Shown: positions 8,832 through 18,068, numbered from the stretch's first letter. The stretch: 64,000 nt of DNA from Patescibacteria group bacterium (GCA_028865725.1 JAGWJP010000003.1:65697-129696), one strand, 5' to 3'. Notes: generated by a model not told the origin, from the letters alone. Program-made: numbers and translations.

Positions 8832-9278
8832 TTAACGAGATAGTGAAATCGTCTGACTTAATTCGGCATTTGGCGCAGAAACGGTTACTCGCCCCGTGGT
8901 GGCATCCTGATATACTGAATAGGCACTATTGTAGTCGGATGTGCTCGTGTAGTGTGCTCCTGTCGCGCTTGGGTCAAATGGCATGGAGGAAACATAAGTA
9001 GGAACGAGACATCCCGCAATATCATATCCTCCCGTATTTTTCATGGTTGTGCTTGCGGTAGGCAATGACCCTGCAGCACATGTAAAGATACCGTTGTTAT
9101 CTGCCATGTTTTGTCCAATGGCATCTAATATCGTAGTTACATTTGCAGAGCGTTGAGTATTGCGCGCTTGAGCAAATTGTCGCGCAGGATTTAGGGCTAC
9201 AATAACCACTGATGCCAATATGGCAATAATGCCAATCACGACCAAAAGTTCAATAAGAGTAAAACCTTTTTGTTTCAT
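8832..9278 (-). CDS. pilA: Type IV major pilin
   Basis: KG/FTLIELLVVIGIIAILAS class III signal; QARNTQR; Cys pair. Confidence 0.9.
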   Translation of the reverse strand: MKQKGFTLIELLVVIGIIAILASVVIVALNPARQFAQARNTQRSANVTTILDAIGQNMADNNGIFTCAAGSLPTASTTMKNTGGYDIAGCLVPTYVSSMPFDPSATGAHYTSTSDYNSAYSVYQDATTGRVTVSAPNAELSQTISLSR

Positions 9279-9365
9279 ATTTTTCGTGAGAGAGAAAGAA
9301 GTAAGCGTACGACCTTTTCAACATATTAAGAATACCACACTAAGAAAAGAAGCTCTATCCACAGA

Positions 9366-9761
9366 TTAAAGAGATGGAATTTCCTCCCAAGCTACTAAAG
9401 AAAGATTCGGGTTAAACTGTACGCTTACCTTCATGTTGGTCACATTGCTTCCTGACACGCCTTTCGTGGTAATAATTTTTTCTCCCGATTGTGATTGAAT
9501 AGGAAAAATTTGACACGTAGAACTTCCCACCGCTACCGTTTGGTTTCCTTGATATGTACTTGAGGCGAGCGCAAGGTTCAGAAGGGCATGCTCCACGCAT
9601 GCATTTGCCAAGGCTGTACTCTCTTCTTTCGAGGTGGTGCGTAGTACGTTCATACGCACGAGATAGCCCCCATAATTTACAGAGAAAACCAGTGCGGAAA
9701 GAATAAGTACCACAAAGATAACTGAAATAAGCATAATGTAGCCTTCTCTATTTTTGTACAT
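9366..9761 (-). CDS. Minor pilin, PilX-like
   Basis: EG/YIMLISVIFVV lacks Glu5, A..LANACVEHAL as in PilX-like proteins; start at 9761 overlaps the upstream gene end. Confidence 0.75.
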   Translation of the reverse strand: MYKNREGYIMLISVIFVVLILSALVFSVNYGGYLVRMNVLRTTSKEESTALANACVEHALLNLALASSTYQGNQTVAVGSSTCQIFPIQSQSGEKIITTKGVSGSNVTNMKVSVQFNPNLSLVAWEEIPSL

Positions 9762-10248
9762 AGAAATTTGAGGAAAAGAGTTTTCCATCGAGCATAAATG
9801 ATGTTTGCAACAATACAATACTGCTGGTCGCATAGGGGAGATACTGTTGGAAGGAGAGTTCTGTCGCTGGAAGGGCATTATTGTTCAGTGGGAGTGGATC
9901 GGCCGAACCAAGTTGTATACGGATATTTCGTTGGTTGTCATCTATTGTAATAGGGTTACTGCCGTAATCTTGTTTAGTAACCACAAGGGCAGGTGTTGTA
10001 GTGCCAATAGCGGGTTCGGTAATGATTGATCCTTCGAGAACCCATTCTATTTTTTTAAGGATAAAATTTGCGTCTTCTTCCACGAGGGATTTTCTCGCTA
10101 TTTCAGTCTGGTTTACCGTAATTGCGTAAAATGTACCAAAGAGCGTTGTAAGGATAAACGAGGTAAGTGCAAGATAGAGTATGGTTTCTAGCAGAGTAAA
10201 CCCAGTGTGGTTATGGAGGACATATCGCTTTTTTCCAAAATATTTCAT
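9748..10248 (-). CDS. Minor pilin, PilW/PulJ-like
   Basis: TG/FTLLETILYLAL prepilin motif. Confidence 0.85.
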   Translation of the reverse strand: MKYFGKKRYVLHNHTGFTLLETILYLALTSFILTTLFGTFYAITVNQTEIARKSLVEEDANFILKKIEWVLEGSIITEPAIGTTTPALVVTKQDYGSNPITIDDNQRNIRIQLGSADPLPLNNNALPATELSFQQYLPYATSSIVLLQTSFMLDGKLFSSNFYVQK

Positions 10249-10258
10249 GAGGTTTATT

Positions 10259-11668
10259 TTAATTTGAAGGACTTATAATTTGTAATATTTTGGTGCTATC
10301 CATAGAAAGATAAGCGATGTTGTTGAGTACAACAATACCTGTTGGGTTTGCTGATAAGTCAAGAGAACCAAAAAGGTTCGGATTTGATAGATTTGATATA
10401 TCTATGACCTGAAATTCCTTTGAACTATTTTCTGTTGCAAGAAATGCAAGTGTCCCTTCGGCGGCAATACCATTGATCGGGACTCCGCCCACATCATAGC
10501 GCCCTTTGTTTACCGGTGTATTGGGGACAGTGATGTCGACGGGAATGAAATCGTCCCCAATTCCTGTAAACAATGTCGACGGACCACTTGAAAATAAACT
10601 CAGGCCTGATTCTTTGTCAGTAAAATTTATCACCCCTAGTTTTTGGAGCGACGATGGGTTTGTTGCATCAAATATGATAACTTCGTTATTGTGATCCGAG
10701 GTGGCCACGAAAAGGAGGTTGTTGTACTTACTAATGGCATTTACATCCGCATTGATTTCGGTTGTACTTATCCAGACGGGATTTAAAGGATTGGTGACGT
10801 TGAAAACCTGCAGTTCCCCCCCGGGTGATTTGAATGATCCAATGTATGCATATCCATTCTGTACAAAAATACTCTTTCCATTCTGTGTAACGCCGTTCAT
10901 GCGCGCGCTGCTTACGACACGCATGAAAGAAGGATTGCTGATGTCGATGATCTGCAGTTGTGTACTGCCCTGACTTGCCGCAAACGCATAATTTCCGCTT
11001 ACTGATACGTCATTTAATGGATTGCCCGTATTCATGCTCCACAGCACTTGTGGATTATCAGGGTTGGTTACATCAAAACTAATAAAGCTTATGATTCGCG
11101 GGGCCATCCAATATCCTGATGCCACCGTTACGTATGCCACATTGTTTTGTACCGCAATTGAGGTTCCGCTGTAACCTCCTGAAGATCCTGAGCCGATGTC
11201 TACGCTTCCGCGCGCTACGGGATTTCCCCAATCACTCTGAGAACCACCCCCACCCCCTTGTTGTCCTTGGGTGCTTGTACTGTTTGCAATTGACCTCCAG
11301 TCAGTGATAAGAGTGCTCAACTCCACTTGTTCCGTGCGCAAAGGGTCTGTCTTCCATGACACGCGACTGATAATTTGTTTCTCTGAACTTGCTACGTCCG
11401 TGACGTCCAGTTCTTTAAAGAATATATTTTCCGTAGAAGTGCTTGAAATGACGGATGAGAAATTATTATTTGCCATCGCTTTGGCGCTTTCCAGATTTTC
11501 TTGCGCATATGTCAATGCCTCATTATTGTGTTGCGTATAAGTGAGCGCAGACTGATTTTTAAACGCAACACCCACCACGGAAAAAAGGCCGAGTGTTGCG
11601 ATAGAAAGGGCTATAAGTACCTCTAGCAGGGAAAAACCTTTTTGTGAATGCGTTGCGTGTATTACCAT
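10259..11668 (-). CDS. Minor pilin (PilV-like N-terminus) fused to an LVIVD-repeat beta-propeller
   Basis: KG/FSLLEVLIAL; repeated V.GNYAF/LQIIDISNP, FQVIDISN, LQVFNVTNP units. Confidence 0.85.
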   Translation of the reverse strand: MVIHATHSQKGFSLLEVLIALSIATLGLFSVVGVAFKNQSALTYTQHNNEALTYAQENLESAKAMANNNFSSVISSTSTENIFFKELDVTDVASSEKQIISRVSWKTDPLRTEQVELSTLITDWRSIANSTSTQGQQGGGGGSQSDWGNPVARGSVDIGSGSSGGYSGTSIAVQNNVAYVTVASGYWMAPRIISFISFDVTNPDNPQVLWSMNTGNPLNDVSVSGNYAFAASQGSTQLQIIDISNPSFMRVVSSARMNGVTQNGKSIFVQNGYAYIGSFKSPGGELQVFNVTNPLNPVWISTTEINADVNAISKYNNLLFVATSDHNNEVIIFDATNPSSLQKLGVINFTDKESGLSLFSSGPSTLFTGIGDDFIPVDITVPNTPVNKGRYDVGGVPINGIAAEGTLAFLATENSSKEFQVIDISNLSNPNLFGSLDLSANPTGIVVLNNIAYLSMDSTKILQIISPSN

Positions 11669-12111
11669 GTTATTTGCCCTGCTGGATTTATTGAAATCAA
11701 GAGAGATTTTTGTGCGGTAGTGAGCGTTATGGTTCCTGATGCAGCCGTTCCCCCTGTTAATTGGTCGAAATCGATCTCAGAGAGCCCTGTTTTGGCTACT
11801 CCCCCCGAAGCGGGAAATATTTCATCGTAGGCGGGATTTCTTGACGCGTATGATGTTCCTTGAAATACGGTGTAGGCATTTTGCTGTATGTAAACGCCGT
11901 GATCAGACTGGTCGAAATTACTCATTGCTTCATTGCGTGCTTTTTGGAGTGTAAACACAATCATATTGCGTTCAGATGTAAGCAGGTAGTCCTGATAAGC
12001 TCCGCTAAAAGAGATGGGGAGCAGTGCTATCAGAATGGTACCGATCCCTATCGTAACAAGGAGTTCCAAAATGGTAAAACCTGTTGTCTTGCTATGCTGA
12101 AAGGAAGCCAT
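11662..12111 (-). CDS. Minor pilin, FimT/GspH-like
   Basis: TG/FTILELLVTIGI; LQKARNEAM; start moved to ATG 12111. Confidence 0.85.
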   Translation of the reverse strand: MASFQHSKTTGFTILELLVTIGIGTILIALLPISFSGAYQDYLLTSERNMIVFTLQKARNEAMSNFDQSDHGVYIQQNAYTVFQGTSYASRNPAYDEIFPASGGVAKTGLSEIDFDQLTGGTAASGTITLTTAQKSLLISINPAGQITW

Positions 12112-12118
12112 CTTTTCA

Positions 12119-13213
12119 TTAATGAATTGCTTGCGTGACTTGATAGATGGGAGTAATGATAGAAAGTGCGACAAAGGCAACGATACCCCCCATAACGAGA
12201 AGCATAACGGGTTCTAGAATGCTCGTAAGATTGTTCACAAGTTCGTCAAGCTCGCTTTCATAAAAATCGGCTAAGTAGAATAGATTGGGCGACAAGTTTC
12301 CTGTTCGTTCTCCTACTTCAATCATACGACTTAGCGTCGAAGCGAAAATGCGCGGATGTTGTTCGAGAAACGTGTACATAGGCTCTCCTTGTTTTACGCG
12401 TTCTGTGAGCGTGATAAGTGCTTCCTTGTGGGGAATGGTTGGCATAATTTGTGCAGTAATGGAGAGTGCTTCTATAATTTTGATGCCGCTTTGTAATAAA
12501 AATGCAAGCGTTCTCGCAAAGAGTGCCATTTCATAATCCAGCGATATTGGTCCGGCGATGGGGAGCAAAAGCACTCCATATTGATATGCGTTTTTTATCG
12601 CTCGTATCCGAAAGAGAAATGTTACGAGGAGAATAACGAATAAGGAGATGATGATAATGAGGATAAGATGTGTATGAAGGCCGGCGGTAAATGCGATAAG
12701 GAGCCGTGTGGTAAGGGGGAGGGTCACTCCCAGGCTTGTGAGCACGGGAATAATTTTGGGGAGAACAAGAAATACGAGAAGACCGCTAATGCCAAGCGTG
12801 GCGAGAAGAATGATAACTGGATATACGAGCGCAGACTTTATTTTTGAGTGCAATTGTTCGTTCTTTTTTAATTCGAGTGCGAGATGTTCTAAATTTTCTA
12901 CCAATGTTCCGCTGCTCTCTCCTATTCTAATAATGTTGATAAATAAATCTCCGAATGCGGATTTAAATTTTTCTAAAGATGAGGATAGGGGTTGCCCATT
13001 TTCGAGATCCGCTTTTACTGTAAGAAGTATTTTTGCAAAATACGGTCCACGTACCTGCCGTTGTATAATAGATACGCTCTCCACAATCGGCATGCCGGAC
13101 TTGGTCATAATGGCGAGATGTTTGGCAAACAAAATACGGTCTGCAAGAGAGACTGAATGGAACAAGATAATAGGAGACGATTGTTTTTTGGATAACTTGT
13201 TATTCATGTGCAA
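12119..13213 (-). CDS. pilC: Type IV pilus platform protein PilC (GspF family)
   Basis: FAKHLAIMTKSG.P, GESSGTL, SALVYP, GERTGNL, LEP. Confidence 0.93.
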   Translation of the reverse strand: MHMNNKLSKKQSSPIILFHSVSLADRILFAKHLAIMTKSGMPIVESVSIIQRQVRGPYFAKILLTVKADLENGQPLSSSLEKFKSAFGDLFINIIRIGESSGTLVENLEHLALELKKNEQLHSKIKSALVYPVIILLATLGISGLLVFLVLPKIIPVLTSLGVTLPLTTRLLIAFTAGLHTHLILIIIISLFVILLVTFLFRIRAIKNAYQYGVLLLPIAGPISLDYEMALFARTLAFLLQSGIKIIEALSITAQIMPTIPHKEALITLTERVKQGEPMYTFLEQHPRIFASTLSRMIEVGERTGNLSPNLFYLADFYESELDELVNNLTSILEPVMLLVMGGIVAFVALSIITPIYQVTQAIH

Positions 13214-14429
13214 TGCGTAATACTTCTTCTATCGTGGTAATTCCTTCCGCCACCTTTTTAAACCCATCTTGATACATGGTGGTCATACCCTCCCTGATCG
13301 CAATTTTTTTAATGTCCGCTGCAGACTCATGGTTAATGATCGCGTTACGTATCGCATCGCTTACATCGAGGACTTCATAAATGGGAATACGTCCTCGATA
13401 ACCGCTTTTTCCGCACGCGCTGCACCCCTCTCCTTTATAAATTTTCTGAGGTATTGCGATTCCCTGGGGAAGATTGATGGTGAGAAGTTCCTGTTCCTCT
13501 TTTGTGGGGAAGTGTGGTTTTCGGCAATCAGGGCAAATAACGCGAAGAAGGCGCTGCCCAATCGCCACATTTACCGTTGAAGCAATCAGGAATGGTTCTA
13601 TGCCCATATCAAGGAGGCGGGGAAGCGTGGTGGCAGCATCATTGGTGTGAATGGTTGAGAGGAGCAAATGACCGGTGAGGGCCGCATTTACTGCGATTCC
13701 TGCCGTTTCTTCGTCGCGAATTTCTCCTACCATAATAATATTGGGATCTTGGCGGAGAATTGCGCGAAGGCCATTTGCAAATGTAAGTCCTGTTTGATTG
13801 TTTACTTGAATTTGATCCACATTTTCCAGCGAAAACTCTATAGGATCCTCAATGGTAATAATACTTACAGGAGGTTTATTTAGTTCTTTCAGAAGCGTAT
13901 AAAGAGTTGTCGTTTTACCGCTTCCTGTCGGACCAGTAGCGAGAATCATTCCATATGGTTTTGAAATTGCGTGTTGTACGACACTCAAGTCGCGTTCAGA
14001 AAAGCCCACATTTTTAAGTGAAAATTTATCGCCCTGTTCCACAAGAAGACGAAGAACCGCATTTTCATTATAGTATGTGGGAACAATAGAGACACGGATA
14101 TCAAACGATTTCTTGTCATGTGTTTTAAATTTAATACGGCCGTCTTGCGCGGCTTGGTGCTCATCCGTGCGTAGTTCCGCGAGCACTTTAATGCGGCTGA
14201 TAATTTCTGGTTGTATCCCTTTTGGGAAAGTGAATGCATTATACATGATTCCATCAATACGAAGGCGGATTGCGATACCGTCTTCTCCCGGATCGATGTG
14301 GATATCAGAGGCTCGCGACTCATAGGCGTACTCAATAAGCGAGTTGACGATTAGGATAATCGAAATATCGCGATCCGTTTTTTTAAGTTCGCGCTTAATA
14401 ATATCTTGTGGTGATTCTTCTCCGAACAT
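13200..14429 (-). CDS. pilB: Type IV pilus assembly ATPase (PilB/GspE), short form
   Basis: ASDIHIDP, GPTGSGKTTTLY, TIEDPIE, LRQDPNIIMVGEIRD, Zn motif CPDC/CSAC. Confidence 0.93.
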   Translation of the reverse strand: MFGEESPQDIIKRELKKTDRDISIILIVNSLIEYAYESRASDIHIDPGEDGIAIRLRIDGIMYNAFTFPKGIQPEIISRIKVLAELRTDEHQAAQDGRIKFKTHDKKSFDIRVSIVPTYYNENAVLRLLVEQGDKFSLKNVGFSERDLSVVQHAISKPYGMILATGPTGSGKTTTLYTLLKELNKPPVSIITIEDPIEFSLENVDQIQVNNQTGLTFANGLRAILRQDPNIIMVGEIRDEETAGIAVNAALTGHLLLSTIHTNDAATTLPRLLDMGIEPFLIASTVNVAIGQRLLRVICPDCRKPHFPTKEEQELLTINLPQGIAIPQKIYKGEGCSACGKSGYRGRIPIYEVLDVSDAIRNAIINHESAADIKKIAIREGMTTMYQDGFKKVAEGITTIEEVLRIAHE

Positions 14430-14557
14430 GGGTGATAAACGAGCGTTATATTATTAGTATACCATTCTTTTGTACGACGGGGATATGGTTTCGTGGATGC
14501 GTTTGTTGCACATTATTGTTATGTGATTTATGATAAAATCCATATGGACAATGAATT

Positions 14558-15769
14558 ATGAAGAGAATGTTTCCAGATAAAGATTGGATTTCCCACGCCC
14601 TTACACATAATGTGGAACGTGTGGTGGGGGAAGAGGATCTTGGGCACCGTCTCCTCACCGGACGGCCGCTACGCATTAAATTCGGAGTAGATGTGACACA
14701 TCCGCTTATTCACCTGGGGCACGGAGTGAGTTTATGGAAAATGCGGGAATTTCAGGAGCACGGGCACAAGGTCTTGTTTCTCATAGGGGATTTTACTACC
14801 CGCATCGGTGACCCCACGGGAAAGAGTAAAACACGCCCAGAGCGCACCGAAGCAGAGATAGAACGTGACGCGAGGTTATATATTGAGCAGGTCACCAAGA
14901 TTTTAATTGACGATTCTTCTGTGTTTGAGGTGCGTAGAAATTCGGAATGGTATGGTATGATGCCGCTTAGTGAATTTTTGGGTCTTTGCAGAAAAATTAC
15001 CCATGCACGCCTTATTGAGCGCGATATGTTTCAAAAGCGTATGGGAGAAGGGAGTGAAATTTATATGCATGAGTTGCTCTATCCCATCTTGCAAGGCTAC
15101 GATTCTGTTGTGCTTAAATCCGACCTTACCATCATTGGTTCTGATCAGCTTTTTAATGAGATGATGGGGCGCCACTATCAGACATTATTTGGCCAGTCTC
15201 CCCAAGCCATTATGACGACGGTGATTACCCCAGGGCTTGATGGAAAAGAAAAGCAATCGAAGTCTCTTGGAAACTTTATCGCAATCTCTGATACGCCAAG
15301 CGATATGTATGGCAAAACAATGACACTCCCCGATGAACTTATTGTGACCTATTTCCGCGTGTACACGTTTGCAAGCATGGAGGAGATTGATGCATACGAA
15401 ACTGAACTTAACAACGGTGCAAACCCCCGTGATGTGAAGATGAAACTTGCGCATGCGCTTGTCTCTCTCTATCATGGCACAGAGGCGGCGGACAATGCTC
15501 AGGAGAATTTTGTAAATACGTTTCAGAAGAAACAGGTGGGTGAGGATGTAGGTGAGGTGACCGTGAAACTCCCGCTCAGTATCACGGAGTTTCTTAAAGA
15601 GTCAGGTCATGTGAAATCCAATTCCGAAGCGCGTCGCCTTGTTGATGAGCGCGGTGTTCGTATGGAAGGGGAGACCATTACAGATCCACAACATATGCTT
15701 GAGGAGGGTGACAATGGAAAGATCATCAAGGTAGGAAAACGTTATTTTTACAAGATCGTCACGCAGTAA
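14558..15769 (+). CDS. tyrS: Tyrosine--tRNA ligase
   Basis: HLGH, IGDPTGK, YPILQGYD, GSDQLFN, KQSKS (KMSKS variant), C-terminal S4 domain. Confidence 0.95.
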   Translation: MKRMFPDKDWISHALTHNVERVVGEEDLGHRLLTGRPLRIKFGVDVTHPLIHLGHGVSLWKMREFQEHGHKVLFLIGDFTTRIGDPTGKSKTRPERTEAEIERDARLYIEQVTKILIDDSSVFEVRRNSEWYGMMPLSEFLGLCRKITHARLIERDMFQKRMGEGSEIYMHELLYPILQGYDSVVLKSDLTIIGSDQLFNEMMGRHYQTLFGQSPQAIMTTVITPGLDGKEKQSKSLGNFIAISDTPSDMYGKTMTLPDELIVTYFRVYTFASMEEIDAYETELNNGANPRDVKMKLAHALVSLYHGTEAADNAQENFVNTFQKKQVGEDVGEVTVKLPLSITEFLKESGHVKSNSEARRLVDERGVRMEGETITDPQHMLEEGDNGKIIKVGKRYFYKIVTQ

Positions 15770-15902
15770 TCTTGGCGGCCTACAAAATGGGGCTCACCCA
15801 TCTTTCTTTATAGTTACACTTTGCCGTAGACTATGAGTTCCAAAAAGGAACCAGGCAAGAAGCAAAGATAGGAAACTTGAATGTATTCCTGGAAGAATTT
15901 TT

Positions 15903-16490
15903 AAATTTTCGATGGAAGGCACCAGTGCGATGGTTGACGCCTTTTTTCGAAAATTTGAAAACGACGCATGGCGGCGCGTTTAAAAGTTTTTTTCCTGTTT
16001 CGTCCTTTAAGGACTCATCAGTGTCGATTCACATCGACAGACAGGGGGAGAGGAGCGCCTCTCCCACGGACTCGTTTTTCAACAAGTCCTAGTATGATTT
16101 TCTTGGCTTCTGATTTGGCGAGGAATCAGAAGCCGGTTGCGTGTCCGCCCACGGCTTTTTGCAGGAAAGCTCCTGTCGAGACATAGCGCTGCAGGTCTCG
16201 ATTCTGGCTTTGCAACATCACCCATGAACCAGTCGCGACGTGGCTCAAGGGGGTTACACCACTCCATTTGGAAATTGCACCCACCACCCTTGGTAGTCGG
16301 GCGCAACCTCTCTTCTCACACTTGGCGTTTTTAGGGAGTGTGAGAGGAGTGGCTATGGCACTGCGGGAACCCTTCGCCCCGCTTTATAGCTAAACTTACC
16401 CCCGGGTGTGCGGCGGTGAGTTTAGCGCGCGCCGGATATGCCGGCGGGGCGTGTGCCATACACCGTTTTTCAGCCTTTACTGCGAGCGGT
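15903..16490. ncRNA. Candidate large multi-domain structured RNA (unassigned)
   Basis: At least 12 helices in about 590 nt with no convincing ORF, including long-range pairs 16135-16141/16302-16308 and 16354-16361/16453-16460; G-U pairs mostly favour the + strand. Confidence 0.6.
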
Positions 16491-16524
16491 CGGTTGCCGC
16501 ACGCGGCACGCGGAGTATCCGCAT
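16477..16524 (-). CDS. 15-aa micro-ORF MRILRVPRAATDRSQ (leader-peptide-like)
   Basis: SD AAGAAAGGAGGTGA (16546-16533) 8 nt before ATG, downstream of a consensus promoter. Confidence 0.4.
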   Translation of the reverse strand: MRILRVPRAATDRSQ

Positions 16525-16555
16525 TTCGTTCTTCACCTCCTTTCTTGTCTAATTA

Positions 16556-16682
16556 CCACGAGAGGGAAGCGAGCTAAGGATTGCGGAGTGTGGTACCTGA
16601 TTCGGATAGTGGGTGTAGTATTAATTCCCAACCGTCAGGGCTTCACAGTTCCACACGTGCTTAGTTCACTTGCGTCTCGTGG
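16556..16682 (-). ncRNA. Rod-like leader hairpin of the leftward transcript
   Basis: CCACGAGA/TCTCGTGG, GAGCTAAG/CTTAGTTC, GTGTGG/CCACAC, CCTGA/TCAGG nested. Confidence 0.55.
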
Positions 16683-16719
16683 CAACTCGCGCTTGACCTT
16701 CTTTCATTGTGCTGCTTGC

Positions 16720-16748
16720 ATTATAGCAAATAGAATTTAATTTGTCAA
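16720..16748 (-). promoter_or_regulatory. Perfect sigma70 promoter facing left
   Basis: TTGACA-17 nt-TATAAT with extended -10 TG. Confidence 0.85.
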
Positions 16749-16927
16749 GCATAGCTGACATATTGTAGAAAAATACTAGGTTTTTCTTAATATTTACGTA
16801 TAATTTCTATGTCCGAATTTTCTAACACTTTTTGATTTCATATTCATAAGTGAAACTTATGTGTAAACATAGATAAGATAAGGTGTGTATACTAGGTACA
16901 TATTTGACACAAAGGGCCAAGGGAAAC

Positions 16928-16956
16928 TTGACCAAAATATCAGTATGTGCTATAAT
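16928..16956 (+). promoter_or_regulatory. Near-perfect sigma70 promoter facing right
   Basis: TTGACC-17 nt-TATAAT with extended -10 TG. Confidence 0.8.
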
Positions 16957-16962
16957 TTATTC

Positions 16963-17257
16963 GAGTAACGTTGGAGGACAATCGAAATGAACTGGTAGGA
17001 TGAAAAGACTGGCGGGTTAAGAGGGTTTAGGGGAGGTGTAAAAAACATCGCTTGCACCCGCTCTCTCCGTCCAGTATTTTTCACTCTTTTCATTTTTCGA
17101 GTTTTCCAACAAGAAAGGAGGAGTCGCCCATGCTCTGGTAACATAGGCGACGATTTAAAAGGAATGGCGGGGGGGCGCGGAAAAAAGAAAAAGGTTCTTT
17201 ATTCGTATGCCCCCAAGCACCAGAAAGGCCGTGTGGAGACACGGCCTTTATTTTTTA
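16963..17257 (+). ncRNA. Candidate ~290-nt RNA: rod hairpin, SD, micro-ORF (MLW*), terminator
   Basis: GTTGGAGGAC (16970-16979)/GTTTTCCAAC (17101-17110) closing stem with nested helices; AAGAAAGGAGG 17111-17121; ATGCTCTGGTAA 17130-17141; terminator at 17224. Confidence 0.55.
17224..17257. terminator. Intrinsic terminator shared by the rightward RNA and the convergent TrmB-like gene
   Basis: AAAGGCCGTGT-GGAG-ACACGGCCTTT followed by ATTTTTT. Confidence 0.8.
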
Positions 17258-17278
17258 TGTGGTAATCTTCCTCCAGGC

Positions 17279-18058
17279 TTATTGATTGTATTGTTCGGCG
17301 GCATCCCACGCGAGATTAAAAATTACTCGAAACGAGGAGGCAATATCATTGCTTTGGATCGTAACACCAAGCAACTGCTCGCCATAAGAGATTAAGACGA
17401 GGTAGTCCTGACCATATACAGTGACACTACTTGTAAAAGGGAACTTATCTTTTGGAATATAGCGCGCTTCGCGTAACACGTTTTCGCTTGTGGCACCTGT
17501 GAGAGGGCCTTCAGCGCGGGTGTAAATGACTTTGTTGCGAAGTTTTTTATTTGAACGCTCTTTGCTGTAGGTTGATTCATAGTTCGGGAAGACGCGGAGG
17601 AGTTCATCAAGAGGGGTGAACCCCACAATCTCTTCCGTGACCGTCTCCGCAAGACGCAAAAATTCTTCTTGCATCGCGATAATACCTTCTTTTCCTTCGT
17701 AAAATTTTACTTTTGGTCTATTTTCCGTGAGATTGAAGAGCGCTTTGAGTTCAGGAATAATTTCTTGGAGGTAGGTGTGTTTGAGCGCAATGTCCGCTTT
17801 CTCTTTTTCAAGGAGACGATCAAGCTGTTCAGGGGATTCCGCGGAAAACAATGTTTTTTTTCCTGATTCTGCAGTGGTAACAAGTCCGTTTTTCATGAGG
17901 GAGTCGAGAATCACGTACGTGGTAGGGCGTTGTACCTCTGCTTTTTTCGCGATATGTTGTACCGTGGCCTGTCCTAATTCAAGAGTTGCAAGATAGACTT
18001 TTGCTTCTTTTTCCGAGAGGCCGAGTTTTTCAAGATTGCGTTCAAGGGGCGTATTCAT
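17279..18058 (-). CDS. TrmB-family transcriptional regulator
   Basis: LGLSEKEAKVYLATLELG...IAKKAEVQRPTTYVILDSL...GLV; PKVKFYEGKEGI; start moved to ATG 18058. Confidence 0.9.
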   Translation of the reverse strand: MNTPLERNLEKLGLSEKEAKVYLATLELGQATVQHIAKKAEVQRPTTYVILDSLMKNGLVTTAESGKKTLFSAESPEQLDRLLEKEKADIALKHTYLQEIIPELKALFNLTENRPKVKFYEGKEGIIAMQEEFLRLAETVTEEIVGFTPLDELLRVFPNYESTYSKERSNKKLRNKVIYTRAEGPLTGATSENVLREARYIPKDKFPFTSSVTVYGQDYLVLISYGEQLLGVTIQSNDIASSFRVIFNLAWDAAEQYNQ

Positions 18059-18068
18059 GGAAACGCTA

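Noticed and set aside
16533-16545. TCACCTCCTTTCT resembling the 16S rRNA 3' end
   Set aside because: No rRNA sequence upstream; read instead as an SD on the minus strand
15903-16713. RNase P RNA, tmRNA, SRP RNA or group II intron identity
   Set aside because: No GAGGAAAGTCC, tRNA-like T-loop end, SRP GGAA loop or domain V found by eye; GCAGGAAAGCTCC at 16161 is only a partial likeness
15877-16740. Several 65-100-aa ORFs in the tyrS-TrmB gap
   Set aside because: Overlapping, on both strands, no motifs; better explained by GC-rich structured DNA
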